64,000 nucleotides of DNA, taken from the IMG/VR virus record IMGVR_UViG_3300020460_001010, positions 30,641-94,640 of that record; one strand, written 5' to 3'. Every line of letters starts with the position of its first letter. Position 1 is the stretch's first letter. Positions 1 through 9,496 of the stretch are shown piece by piece. Origin of the DNA: a virus. Lineage: Duplodnaviria > Caudoviricetes. The notes below the pieces were generated by a model, which was given only the letters and a program-made list of their open reading frames with translations, was not told the origin of the DNA and ran no database searches. The position numbers were made by a program, and so were the translations under genes.

Positions 1-879
1 TTTAATGTTGCTCCTGAAGCAAAGTCTTTGACATCTTCTGGATTGAAAATAGTGAATAGTGATAGTTCGTTTGAACATTTGCTTAAGAAAGCAGGTCATA
101 GTTTGGACTTGGGTTCATTGGATGACGAGGTGTTTAATCAAATTACAAGTGATGACCCAAACTCAATTCGTTCCAAGGCAAAGCAAATAATGTTACAACA
201 ATTTGCTCATTACAAAAACGGAAGACTTGGTGTTATTATTGACGGAACGGGTGATGACTATGCTAAAATATCCAAGCAAAAGAAAGAGTTGGAAAAACTT
301 GGTTATGATTGCTATATGGTGTTTGTTAATACTTCACTTGAAGTTGCTCAACAAAGAAACGCATTTCGTGCAAGAAAACTTCCAAGGAAATTAGTGAAAG
401 CAGTTTGGACTGACGTGCAAAAAAACATGGGAAGATTCCAAAGTGCATTCAAGCAAAATTTCACCATCATAGATAATTCAGAAGATTTAAGAAGTAAGAC
501 AAAACCAGGAAAACTTGATCTTGCTCCTTTTATATTAAAAGCAACTGCAAAGTTTGTTGCAAAACCAATTCGCAATCCAATTGGAAAAGAGTGGATTAGT
601 TTGATGATGAAACATGACAAGGTTACCAAAAGTGGTGATAAACGCAACAGACTTCGTGAAGACGAAGATACCGAGAGTGAAACAGACCCATTGGAGGATG
701 TGACACTACCAATGGATCTGGAGAGATATTTGGGCAGAACTATCCACATCATAGAAAAGTTCGATTTGCAACCAAGAAAGAATCTTGCAGTTTTGTCGAG
801 GTTGGTTGATAGTTTAGAACTTAATAAAAATCAATTTATTAGATTTTTTAATAAAATAAAGGCAAGTAAGTTTGACTAA
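1..879 (+). CDS. P-loop kinase (AAA_33/zeta-toxin/PNK-kinase-like), 5' truncated by the window edge
   Basis: The frame is open from base 1. It has VNSD, a Walker-B-like GVIIDGTG and a lid motif VNTSLEVAQQRNAFRAR. Walker A is expected upstream of the window. A C-terminal extra module follows RLRE. Confidence 0.65.
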   Translation, partial: FNVAPEAKSLTSSGLKIVNSDSSFEHLLKKAGHSLDLGSLDDEVFNQITSDDPNSIRSKAKQIMLQQFAHYKNGRLGVIIDGTGDDYAKISKQKKELEKLGYDCYMVFVNTSLEVAQQRNAFRARKLPRKLVKAVWTDVQKNMGRFQSAFKQNFTIIDNSEDLRSKTKPGKLDLAPFILKATAKFVAKPIRNPIGKEWISLMMKHDKVTKSGDKRNRLREDEDTESETDPLEDVTLPMDLERYLGRTIHIIEKFDLQPRKNLAVLSRLVDSLELNKNQFIRFFNKIKASKFD

Positions 880-1247
880 TGGATCATGATGTTCGTATCG
901 ATACCAACCAATTGATTTCAGAATTGATTTCAGAATCTCTTGGGGACACCTGGAAACTTGAATTGGCTGCGACTGGAAAAAAATTCAGTTATGCTTCAAA
1001 GAGAGATGGTAATAGGTCGTGGGCAGACAAGATGGCAAAGAAACTTGTAAAAGATTCAATTGAGGATTATGAGTTTATAGGGATATTCAGTGAGGGTGAG
1101 TCCTCCGAGGGTCCCATACTCACGGGTGTCGTTTATCATTGTACTGAATTTTACTTAAAAAAGTCACCATATATGTACTTTGAGAAAAAGGATGCGTGTA
1201 AAATTGTATTTAAAACAAAAAAACCAACTGAATATATAGAAGGGTAA
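879..1247 (+). CDS. hypothetical protein
   Basis: 122-aa ORF; its ATG overlaps the upstream TAA (TAATG). Confidence 0.7.
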   Translation: MDHDVRIDTNQLISELISESLGDTWKLELAATGKKFSYASKRDGNRSWADKMAKKLVKDSIEDYEFIGIFSEGESSEGPILTGVVYHCTEFYLKKSPYMYFEKKDACKIVFKTKKPTEYIEG

Positions 1248-1249
1248 TT

Positions 1250-1774
1250 ATGGGTATTGAAGAGTATAAGAGATATAAAGATGATCCGTTTTGGATGAAG
1301 TCAAAATACGATGGAGTTTCCGGTGAGCAAAGATTACCAGTTCAACGCAGATTGCGAAAGGGCGGTGTTAAGTTTAAGAAGGGTGATGAAATATTGTATT
1401 ACCCTAAAGGTAAAGTGATATTGGTTGGAAAAGACGCAGAGCAAGCATGGAGAGATTTCCAGGCAGCTGCCCAAGACGAAGATTTTTATATGTCTCAATA
1501 TGAGGAGTCGATAATGGAAAAACAAATACAAGAAAAATATGATAGTTCGGAATACAAGAAGGCAATCAAGTTTATGTCGGGATTGCATTCAAGTATCTTG
1601 AAGGCACGTGATAAAGTAATTCGTTGGTTAGAACGAAAAGGTTTTAACAAGATAGCAGATGATATTGATGATATGAATTCAAAGGAATGGAATGCCTTTT
1701 TGTCCAATAAAGTATATGAGCAGAAATTGCGAAATGAAATTCGGACCATGTTGACTGAACTACTAAATAAATGA
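1250..1774 (+). CDS. hypothetical protein (modular)
   Basis: 174-aa ORF packed between its neighbours; C-terminal helix QKLRNEIRTMLTELL. Confidence 0.7.
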   Translation: MGIEEYKRYKDDPFWMKSKYDGVSGEQRLPVQRRLRKGGVKFKKGDEILYYPKGKVILVGKDAEQAWRDFQAAAQDEDFYMSQYEESIMEKQIQEKYDSSEYKKAIKFMSGLHSSILKARDKVIRWLERKGFNKIADDIDDMNSKEWNAFLSNKVYEQKLRNEIRTMLTELLNK

Positions 1775-4293
1775 CAAAAAATCGGACAGACGCACTCACT
1801 TCTGATCTAACGGAGTATATGCTTGGTGATTTACTTGCCGAAGCACCCAAGATTACAAAGGTGATTGGAATATATCCTGGTAGATTTCAACCTGCTGGAT
1901 TGCACCACTATAAAACATATAAGTGGTTGGACAAACAATTTGACGAAGCATGGGTTGCGACTAGCAACAAAACAGATGCAACTAAAAGTCCATTGAATTT
2001 TAAAGAAAAGGAAATGATATGGACAAAGCATAAAGTAAAGAATGTTGTTCAAGTTAAGAATCCGTATGTGTGTGAAGAATTATTAAAAAAGTATGACCCG
2101 AACAAAACTGCGGTGGTTTATATTTTTGGTGCTAAAGATGCAGGTAGATTGAAAACAAAAAAGGTGGACGGAACTCCTGGATACTATCAGTCGTATGCAA
2201 AGAACAAAAACAATTTAGAACCATATGCCAAACACGGATATTTTATTGTTGCTCCTCATGTGAGCATCAAGGTTCTTGGAAAGGAAGTAAACGGAACATA
2301 TATTCGTGAACTTCTTGGTAGTCCAAAGTATACAGATGCACAAAGAGTAGAAGCATTTGAGCAATTGTTTGGTTGGTATGACGAAAAGATTTATGTGTAT
2401 TTGAAAAAGAAGTTTAGTACTTTGTTTGAAAACGAAGAAATTTTTGAGGGATTTCTTCGTGAATATCCTGGAATTGAAACTTTCGTAAATACCCTACCCA
2501 GAGATATATTGGAACTTAGTAGTGTTTCTGGATTGGGAAAGACGATGGTCGATGATGGACCTACTGGATATTTTCCAGGAGACGCATATGAAACTCATAC
2601 CAAAGGTCGTGCGGAGATGCTTGGGTATGAAGTATTGGATTATGTGGTTGGGAAGAATTCTACATCACGGAATTCTGATTATAGAATGTGGGGGGATTAT
2701 TCTGGTCCCGTACCAAGTGTTTCATTTTTTCCATCTGGGGACATTGATGAGAAGACACCAACCAATCAAATAGAATTCGAAAATTCAAAGAAGGCATATG
2801 CCACTTGGGAAAACTTCATAAAATCATCCGCAGAGGTAGTCGGATTTAAGATTGTGGATTTTCTTGGTGCGGATATGTCCATCCGCAAACGTGACGAGCA
2901 GGGTGATGAGGATATGGAATCCAAGTTTGTTATTGATGCCGAAGAGTCGGAAGATGCTGACGAGATTGAATCAGGTGTCGAGGGTCAACTGGTAAGTGAA
3001 AGTAAACTTATAACAGAGGGTGGAGCTGCGGGTCATATGAGCCATCCATTTGATGATAGGGAATTAACGTTTGCAGACCTCAAGGAAATGATTCGTAGAT
3101 CTTTATCAGGTGAACTAAATGTTGAGAAGGAAGTCACGGAAAAACTTGATGGACAAAACCTAATGTTCAGTTGGAAAGACGGAAAACTAATATCGGCAAG
3201 AAACAAAGGTCATCTTAAGAATGCAGGCGCAGCTGCTCCAGATGTTGCCGGTATTGAAGAAATGTTTTCGGAAAAACCAGAAAATATCCGTGACGCATTC
3301 GTGGCCGCAGTCAAGGATTTGTCTACGGCAATATCCAAGTTAAGTGATGCTCAGAAGAATAAGGTGTTTAAGGAAGGTGAACGATTTATGAACATCGAGG
3401 TAATGACACCCGCAACACAGAATGTCATACCACAGAACAAAGATATGTTGGTATTCCACGGAACACAGGCATACGATTCGGCCGGATTGCCAGTATCAGT
3501 AGATTCTGATGGGAATGATATAACTGGTGAACTTAAAGGTTCTGCGAAAATGTTGGAGGGAATGCTTCGACAAATCAATGCTAATATTCAAAGTCGGTAT
3601 TCGTTAAATGCACCGATTGTTGTGGAATTGCCTAAAAGCAAATCTTTCGGTGAATCCCTCGCAAAGTATTCTGCTATGATAGATAAACTTAAAAAAGAAT
3701 TTAATTTAAAAAATAACGATAAGATAATGAAGTATCATGATGCATGGTGGAGAAATCTTTTGAATAAACAACAAGCACAAAAGAAAGAAGTATTTCCGTC
3801 AAACGTATATGAAGCACTGATAGGTAGGTGGGCATATAACGACAAATCAAACAAGATTACAACGATACGTATGGATCTGTCCAAGCAACCCAAACTACTT
3901 GCGTGGGTAAACAAATTTGAAAAAGAAGATATAGTAAAGCAGTTTGAAAAGAATATGTGGCCATTTCAATTCATCTTTTTGAAGTTGGGTGCAGAAGTGT
4001 TACAAAACGTAAAAGGATTTGTGGCAGCCGGTGGTTCTGACGATATTGCTAAAGCATTGGATACCCACATCAAAACTCTGGAGAAAAAGAAAATGAGCTC
4101 TGTGGAATCCACGGAGAAGTTTAAGAAAGACATGGAGAAGTTGAACAAGAATCTTGCTCGTTTGAATGCCATAGGAGGAACGGATGCGATTGCACCTTCG
4201 GAGGGAATTGTATTCCAATATAAAGGGGGTACATATAAATTGACAGGCACTTTCGCACCGATAAACCAAATTATGGGTATAATGAGGTTTTAA
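1771..4293 (+). CDS. fusion of an N-terminal HUP-fold (cytidylyltransferase-like) nucleotidyltransferase and a C-terminal ATP-dependent ligase-like NTase domain (DUF6267-like)
   Basis: N-terminal IYPGRFQPAGLHH (HIGH-like) and NPY. C-terminal GHMSHPFD, EKLDG (KxDG motif I, nt 3139-3153), ARNK, NIE, EGIVF (nt 4201-4215) and YKLTG. Confidence 0.65.
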   Translation: MTKNRTDALTSDLTEYMLGDLLAEAPKITKVIGIYPGRFQPAGLHHYKTYKWLDKQFDEAWVATSNKTDATKSPLNFKEKEMIWTKHKVKNVVQVKNPYVCEELLKKYDPNKTAVVYIFGAKDAGRLKTKKVDGTPGYYQSYAKNKNNLEPYAKHGYFIVAPHVSIKVLGKEVNGTYIRELLGSPKYTDAQRVEAFEQLFGWYDEKIYVYLKKKFSTLFENEEIFEGFLREYPGIETFVNTLPRDILELSSVSGLGKTMVDDGPTGYFPGDAYETHTKGRAEMLGYEVLDYVVGKNSTSRNSDYRMWGDYSGPVPSVSFFPSGDIDEKTPTNQIEFENSKKAYATWENFIKSSAEVVGFKIVDFLGADMSIRKRDEQGDEDMESKFVIDAEESEDADEIESGVEGQLVSESKLITEGGAAGHMSHPFDDRELTFADLKEMIRRSLSGELNVEKEVTEKLDGQNLMFSWKDGKLISARNKGHLKNAGAAAPDVAGIEEMFSEKPENIRDAFVAAVKDLSTAISKLSDAQKNKVFKEGERFMNIEVMTPATQNVIPQNKDMLVFHGTQAYDSAGLPVSVDSDGNDITGELKGSAKMLEGMLRQINANIQSRYSLNAPIVVELPKSKSFGESLAKYSAMIDKLKKEFNLKNNDKIMKYHDAWWRNLLNKQQAQKKEVFPSNVYEALIGRWAYNDKSNKITTIRMDLSKQPKLLAWVNKFEKEDIVKQFEKNMWPFQFIFLKLGAEVLQNVKGFVAAGGSDDIAKALDTHIKTLEKKKMSSVESTEKFKKDMEKLNKNLARLNAIGGTDAIAPSEGIVFQYKGGTYKLTGTFAPINQIMGIMRF

Positions 4294-4294
4294 G

Positions 4295-5710
4295 ATGAAG
4301 GTAGATGAACGAACTCTTTCCAGGTCTGCACGAAGAAAGATGTCTCAACGGGCAAGAAGAACTGCAAAAAAACGTGCGGTTAAACGAAAATCCCGTGCAA
4401 AACGAATGAAGTCAATTGAGCAATTAAAATCAAGTTCGGAGAAACTTGCTAAAAACTTACTTGTAAAAAAACTGACAGGGGGTAAGACATATCAACAATT
4501 GTCCGTTGGAAAGAAAGAAGTGGTTGATAAGAAACTTGCAAAAAGACCCGGTATCATTAAAAAAATTGCCCGCAAATTACTACCCAAGGTAAAGGCAAAG
4601 GAGAAAGAAAGGTTAATGCGGGTTAGAAACAAATCCAAAGAACTTGCGGAGGCAGTAGACCCACTTACGATTGCATCGATAGTTGGAATCACGGGAGGAG
4701 CAGTTGCCATTACCGCAACTCTTGCAAAAAAACTTTCGGATGTATTTTCACGCAATAATGTCAAATTTGACGTAGGTAAAACTTATAAACTTATTAAGAA
4801 AAAATACCCACATATCTTTACAATGATAAAGGATCAGAAATTTGGAAAGGGACATCTTGCAAAATTTATTAAAAAAATAAAGGATGAGATTCCTGGACTG
4901 AATAAAAATAAATCTATATATGCCACGACTAATATCATTGATCAACTTATGAAGTATCATATATCACACGCACTTGGGATAAATGATCCGAAACTTGATC
5001 CAGATAGATTTAAGAATGAATCAAAAGAAGGCAAGCACGGAGTGTTAACACTCAGTGTAGATGGTTCTCAACCAAAGGTATCGGCACGATATGTGAATGG
5101 AAATTTAGAACCTTATGTTTTTAAAACACGAAAAGATGCCAAGAAACATACCGATAAGGTTGGTGGAAAACCATTTGAATCCTCCGACACTGGATTGTTT
5201 TATGTGGAGTTTACCAAACTTGACGGACCGGTAAACGAGAAAATTGAATACAAAACTGCAAACGAAATAAAGAAAGATTGGAAGAAACAATATCCCAATG
5301 ATAAATTTACTTTCAAAAAAGTTCGTGCCAATGGAAATGAATTTCTTATGGTATTATCTCCAAAAGGTGTTGAACTTGAAAGATACCAATTTGTACCAAA
5401 AACAGGATGGACTGAAATGAACGAGAACAAAGATAACGAAGAAGATGTAAAAGAATTAAAAGCAATGCTTGATATTGCAAAAATGCTTAGTGATAAAAGT
5501 CCATACTTTAAGGGTCGTGGTAGCAAAAAGGAATACATCAAAATGCTTGTCCACAAAATACAAAAGTTGTCGGAAGCAAAAAAGCAAAAGTTGATGACAA
5601 AAATGGACGCATATAAAAAGGTGCGAAAACCAACTATGCCGAAAAGCAGACCCATGAAAAATAAAAAGGCATACGATAGAAAGGACTTAAAGAAGGGTAA
5701 ATATGATTAA
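4295..5710 (+). CDS. multi-module, very basic hypothetical protein (possible internal head protein)
   Basis: 471-aa ORF with Arg/Lys-rich N- and C-termini; modules are separated by x-x-E sites. Confidence 0.7.
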   Translation: MKVDERTLSRSARRKMSQRARRTAKKRAVKRKSRAKRMKSIEQLKSSSEKLAKNLLVKKLTGGKTYQQLSVGKKEVVDKKLAKRPGIIKKIARKLLPKVKAKEKERLMRVRNKSKELAEAVDPLTIASIVGITGGAVAITATLAKKLSDVFSRNNVKFDVGKTYKLIKKKYPHIFTMIKDQKFGKGHLAKFIKKIKDEIPGLNKNKSIYATTNIIDQLMKYHISHALGINDPKLDPDRFKNESKEGKHGVLTLSVDGSQPKVSARYVNGNLEPYVFKTRKDAKKHTDKVGGKPFESSDTGLFYVEFTKLDGPVNEKIEYKTANEIKKDWKKQYPNDKFTFKKVRANGNEFLMVLSPKGVELERYQFVPKTGWTEMNENKDNEEDVKELKAMLDIAKMLSDKSPYFKGRGSKKEYIKMLVHKIQKLSEAKKQKLMTKMDAYKKVRKPTMPKSRPMKNKKAYDRKDLKKGKYD

Positions 5711-6059
5711 ACTCATGGATGCAGTCATTGGAACGGTGAGTGATAAAGTAAACATCTCCGTTCAGATCAACAAGACTAAACACGCAGGTGAACGTCAGTC
5801 TAGGCACGACCATATGCAAATATCCGAAAAGGACATTATGGATGTTGCCGACAAAGCAATACCTGATATTACGAAGGCATTGTTGTTTGATAGAATTGAT
5901 GTGGGTGATTATATTCATGTAAAGGATAGAAAGACTGCATTGAATTTAATTGGAATACTTCAAGAGAAGTCACCCTACAATCTTATGTTTGTGGTGATGA
6001 CTGTTATGGTAAAACCAAACTTTGTGGCAAAACAAGGAACATATACGATTGTTGTGTAG
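5703..6059 (+). CDS. hypothetical protein
   Basis: 118-aa ORF overlapping the upstream stop; TKHAGERQSRH motif. Confidence 0.7.
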   Translation: MIKLMDAVIGTVSDKVNISVQINKTKHAGERQSRHDHMQISEKDIMDVADKAIPDITKALLFDRIDVGDYIHVKDRKTALNLIGILQEKSPYNLMFVVMTVMVKPNFVAKQGTYTIVV

Positions 6060-6072
6060 AGGATAGCATAAC

Positions 6073-6474
6073 ATGATAAAACTGAATGGAAACATTTATT
6101 TAACAGAAGATGAGACGGAGAAGTATGTATATGATATATCGTCTAAATTCACTACATCTCATCGAGCAATGTTGCCACGACAGATAGTTTATCTTGATGT
6201 TGATTTTGTATCGGATATCAGAGATGAGGCAAAGGAGACTTCATTATCATTGTTTTATTTGTATGGATATGGTGAACTTCATGCTCCAGTGAGAAAAATT
6301 ATAGATGCGATTGCAGAACGCAAGAGACCACCGAGTTCATGTACAGAGAAGTTATATTTTATGCAATATGATTTGTCGGACACCCAACGTAAGAAGTATA
6401 GAATTCAATATGGGAATTATTTGATAAACATATTTCTAGAAGAATGTATACTTAAATTTAAAAAGTTATCATAG
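6073..6474 (+). CDS. hypothetical protein
   Basis: 133-aa ORF with GAGGA upstream. Confidence 0.65.
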   Translation: MIKLNGNIYLTEDETEKYVYDISSKFTTSHRAMLPRQIVYLDVDFVSDIRDEAKETSLSLFYLYGYGELHAPVRKIIDAIAERKRPPSSCTEKLYFMQYDLSDTQRKKYRIQYGNYLINIFLEECILKFKKLS

Positions 6475-6477
6475 TAT

Positions 6478-6506
6478 TTGACAAAATACAAAAAAAGTGG
6501 AATAAT
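6478..6506 (+). promoter_or_regulatory. possible sigma70-type promoter
   Basis: TTGACA (6478-6483), N17, then AATAAT with TG upstream; the -10 is imperfect. Confidence 0.4.
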
Positions 6507-6512
6507 AAGGTT

Positions 6513-7139
6513 ATGGCTAAAATGGATAAAGAAGATTTGAAGCACGTGATTAAACGTTCACGTAAGTTGTTCAAGGGTGAAGAGATACCCAAAGTGCATG
6601 GTTACGAGGGAGAAGTTGAAGAACTTGTCATTCGTCAACCCGGAGAAATTTGGACAGACAAAGACGGAAAGGAGTGGAAACAGATTGGTGCTAATACAAA
6701 GGTACGAACGGATACCTTAATGGATAAGGTTCGGAAAATGACTAGAACTGCACCAAATTGTCCCAAGGAAGTTTGTACATGTGACACGACTAAGTTTTTG
6801 GATAAAAGAATGGTTGCCATGAAAGGAATGTGTTTTGATTGTGTATATGAACATGAGCAAACACTACGAGAAGATGGTAAGTATGAAGACTATGAGAAAA
6901 AAACTATACTTGAGAACGAGAAAAGTTTTTTGAACGATGCTCGTATAAAGATGGAAGAGTCTAGAAACTATATCACACAAGACCCTAAGTTTTTGAACGA
7001 AGATGGTACACTTGAGAAGTGGAATATTCCAAGCAAGGAAACTTTGATGAAAGAATTGGAGTCCGATTTGAAGCAACTTAATGACCGACTTGTGGAAATT
7101 GATTCTGAACTGGAAAAGTTTGAAGGAATGGAATTTTAG
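6513..7139 (+). CDS. hypothetical protein with Cys motifs and a coiled coil, immediately upstream of terL
   Basis: 208 aa; CPKEVC and CFDC (possible Zn site); C-terminal heptads. Confidence 0.75.
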   Translation: MAKMDKEDLKHVIKRSRKLFKGEEIPKVHGYEGEVEELVIRQPGEIWTDKDGKEWKQIGANTKVRTDTLMDKVRKMTRTAPNCPKEVCTCDTTKFLDKRMVAMKGMCFDCVYEHEQTLREDGKYEDYEKKTILENEKSFLNDARIKMEESRNYITQDPKFLNEDGTLEKWNIPSKETLMKELESDLKQLNDRLVEIDSELEKFEGMEF

Positions 7140-7197
7140 ACGATACCTCCAACTTTTTGTTTTTGTAAAAAAGATTATATATACATATTTATAGTGG

Positions 7198-8808
7198 ATG
7201 ACCGAAAAAAAAGATCTACCACTTAGAGAAAAAATTAAACAAGAGTATGCGGAGTGTCTGAAGTCACCTGTGTATTTTATGAAAAAGTATTGTAAAATAC
7301 AACATCCGACTCTTGGTACAATACCATTTCATTTATACGACTTCCAGGAGAAAACTCTTGAGAGTTTTAAAGATGAGCAGTTTAATATAGTCCTAAAGGC
7401 ACGTCAGATGGGTATTTCAACACTTGTGTCGGGATACGCATTGTGGTTGATGACATTCTTTACAGACAAGTCAATTCTTTGTATAGCAATCAATCAAGAG
7501 ACGGCAAAGAATATTGTTACCAAAGTAACGCATATGTCAGACTTTTTACCTTCTTGGTTACGTAGTGAGTGTACGGAAAAAAACAAATTGAGCATGAGGT
7601 TCAAAAACGGAAGTAGTATTCGTGCGGCGTCGAGTAGTGTAGACGCATCCCGTTCATCTTCGTTGAGTTTGCTCATAGTGGACGAGTGTGCCTTTATTAC
7701 TAACATGGAGGAAATATGGACTGCATCGCAATCTACGATTACAACAGGAGGTCGTTCTATTCTGCTATCTACTCCAAATGGAATTGGTAACTTTTTTCAT
7801 AAGACATGGGTTGGGTCGATGGAGGGATCTAATCAATTCAATCCAATTAAACTTCATTGGTCGTTACATCCGGACAGAGATCAGTCATGGAGGGATGAGC
7901 AAACTACATTGCTGGGAGAGAGTGGTGCAACGCAAGAATGTGATTGTGATTTTGTTACAAGTGGTAATTCGGTTGTGGATTCCACAATTGTAGAGTGGTA
8001 TAAAAATAATGTTGTGAAAGAACCACTTGAACGACGGGGTGTTAATAGAGAATACTGGATTTGGGAGTATCCAGATCATTCTAAGAATTATGTGGTTGCA
8101 GCTGACGTTGCCCGAGGTGATGGAAAAGATAAAAGTGCATTTCATGTGTTTGATGTTGAGAGTTTACGACAAGTCGCGGAATTTCGTGGTGATATGGAAA
8201 CTAAGGACTATGGAAATTTATTAGTTGCAGTTGCATCTGAATATAACGGTGCGTTGCTTGTTGTTGAAAATGCTAATATTGGATGGGCAGTTTTACAACA
8301 GATACTTGACCACGGATATGCCAATTTATATTACACACAGAGGGATTATCAATATGTTGATGAACTTGCACAACATACAAATAAAATAAACCGGATGGAG
8401 AAGAAGCAAGTTCCTGGATTTACGATGTCTACAAAAACTAGACCACTTGTAATAAGCAAGATGGAAACATATATGCGAGAAAAAGAACTAGTTATAAATT
8501 CAGAGAGAACTGTAGAGGAACTTTTTACATTCATATGGAGTGGCATGAAGGCAGAAGCAATGCCAGGATATACAGATGACTTGGTAATGAGTCTGTGTAT
8601 TGCATTGTGGGTCAGAGACACTGCTCTTAGATTTAGATCCGAGAGCATGAATACGCAAAAAACTATGTTTGATTATATGGGGACTAGTAATAATGTATTG
8701 AATGATGACCATCAAAAACCAATTGGCAAAAACGGTATGCCATACAATCCGTATGAAATGAAAAATCCACACGGAGGAACGGAAAGCTTGGACTGGTTAC
8801 TTAAATAA
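7198..8808 (+). CDS. terL: terminase large subunit (T4 gp17-like)
   Basis: Walker A LKARQMGIST, Walker B LLIVDE, coupling motif LLSTPNG, nuclease motifs ADVARG and DDLVMS. Confidence 0.95.
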   Translation: MTEKKDLPLREKIKQEYAECLKSPVYFMKKYCKIQHPTLGTIPFHLYDFQEKTLESFKDEQFNIVLKARQMGISTLVSGYALWLMTFFTDKSILCIAINQETAKNIVTKVTHMSDFLPSWLRSECTEKNKLSMRFKNGSSIRAASSSVDASRSSSLSLLIVDECAFITNMEEIWTASQSTITTGGRSILLSTPNGIGNFFHKTWVGSMEGSNQFNPIKLHWSLHPDRDQSWRDEQTTLLGESGATQECDCDFVTSGNSVVDSTIVEWYKNNVVKEPLERRGVNREYWIWEYPDHSKNYVVAADVARGDGKDKSAFHVFDVESLRQVAEFRGDMETKDYGNLLVAVASEYNGALLVVENANIGWAVLQQILDHGYANLYYTQRDYQYVDELAQHTNKINRMEKKQVPGFTMSTKTRPLVISKMETYMREKELVINSERTVEELFTFIWSGMKAEAMPGYTDDLVMSLCIALWVRDTALRFRSESMNTQKTMFDYMGTSNNVLNDDHQKPIGKNGMPYNPYEMKNPHGGTESLDWLLK

Positions 8809-8829
8809 ATCAACTTGGAGACAATTATT

Positions 8830-9432
8830 ATGAAAACGCAAATTATACTCACTATTGGGGGACTAATATTTACTGGTGGATGTACCACACAATCGTTACT
8901 ACCAACACAGGGAGTATATACTGAATCTGCATTTGAATCATACACTCAAGTTGAGGGGGTGGTTAACAAGATTGTTGTTGGGGAGACGAAATATTCAGAC
9001 TTGGTGGCAATGGGACTTGACTTGGAGAATATTCCGAATGTCAAGAGACTTACTTATCTTGATGTGATGAGTAAGTTCAAGTTGGATAGTCCGTCACGAT
9101 TTACTTTGTTTAATAAAATTGAATTGCCGTCCGGGGTTCTTAAAATGCTGGCTGCGAGGGAGGATGGTCTTGCATATGAAATAAATTTGGAAAGATTGAA
9201 AAATCAAAGAGAAGGAAGTTTGTTTTTGGATATGCTTAATTTTAGAAAAACAATACATACAACCGGTTGGCAAATTAGTGTGTTGATTTTAATTGTAGAT
9301 GGTACGGTTGAGTATGTATTATATTCGGGTGAGAAGAATATTGATAAAATAGAAAAAGAACGAAATCCACTTGGACCATTTCAAGGATTTGATGGGGGTG
9401 ACATCGTGGGAGCCGCAAGTGAGTTGAGGTGA
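8830..9432 (+). CDS. putative lipoprotein
   Basis: GGAG at 8817-8820 precedes ATG 8830. Signal MKTQIILTIGGLIFTGG-C is lipobox-like. Confidence 0.7.
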   Translation: MKTQIILTIGGLIFTGGCTTQSLLPTQGVYTESAFESYTQVEGVVNKIVVGETKYSDLVAMGLDLENIPNVKRLTYLDVMSKFKLDSPSRFTLFNKIELPSGVLKMLAAREDGLAYEINLERLKNQREGSLFLDMLNFRKTIHTTGWQISVLILIVDGTVEYVLYSGEKNIDKIEKERNPLGPFQGFDGGDIVGAASELR

Positions 9433-9445
9433 TGTATATATTAGT

Positions 9446-9474
9446 TTGACAAATACATATATATTACATACAAT
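9446..9474 (+). promoter_or_regulatory. sigma70-type promoter upstream of the portal gene
   Basis: TTGACA (9446-9451), N17, TACAAT (9469-9474). Confidence 0.7.
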
Positions 9475-9496
9475 CATACATTTATAAGGTTATATT

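Noticed and set aside
6513-7139. Calling this ORF the terminase small subunit
   Set aside because: Only its position supports this; I could not recognise a gp16-like motif.
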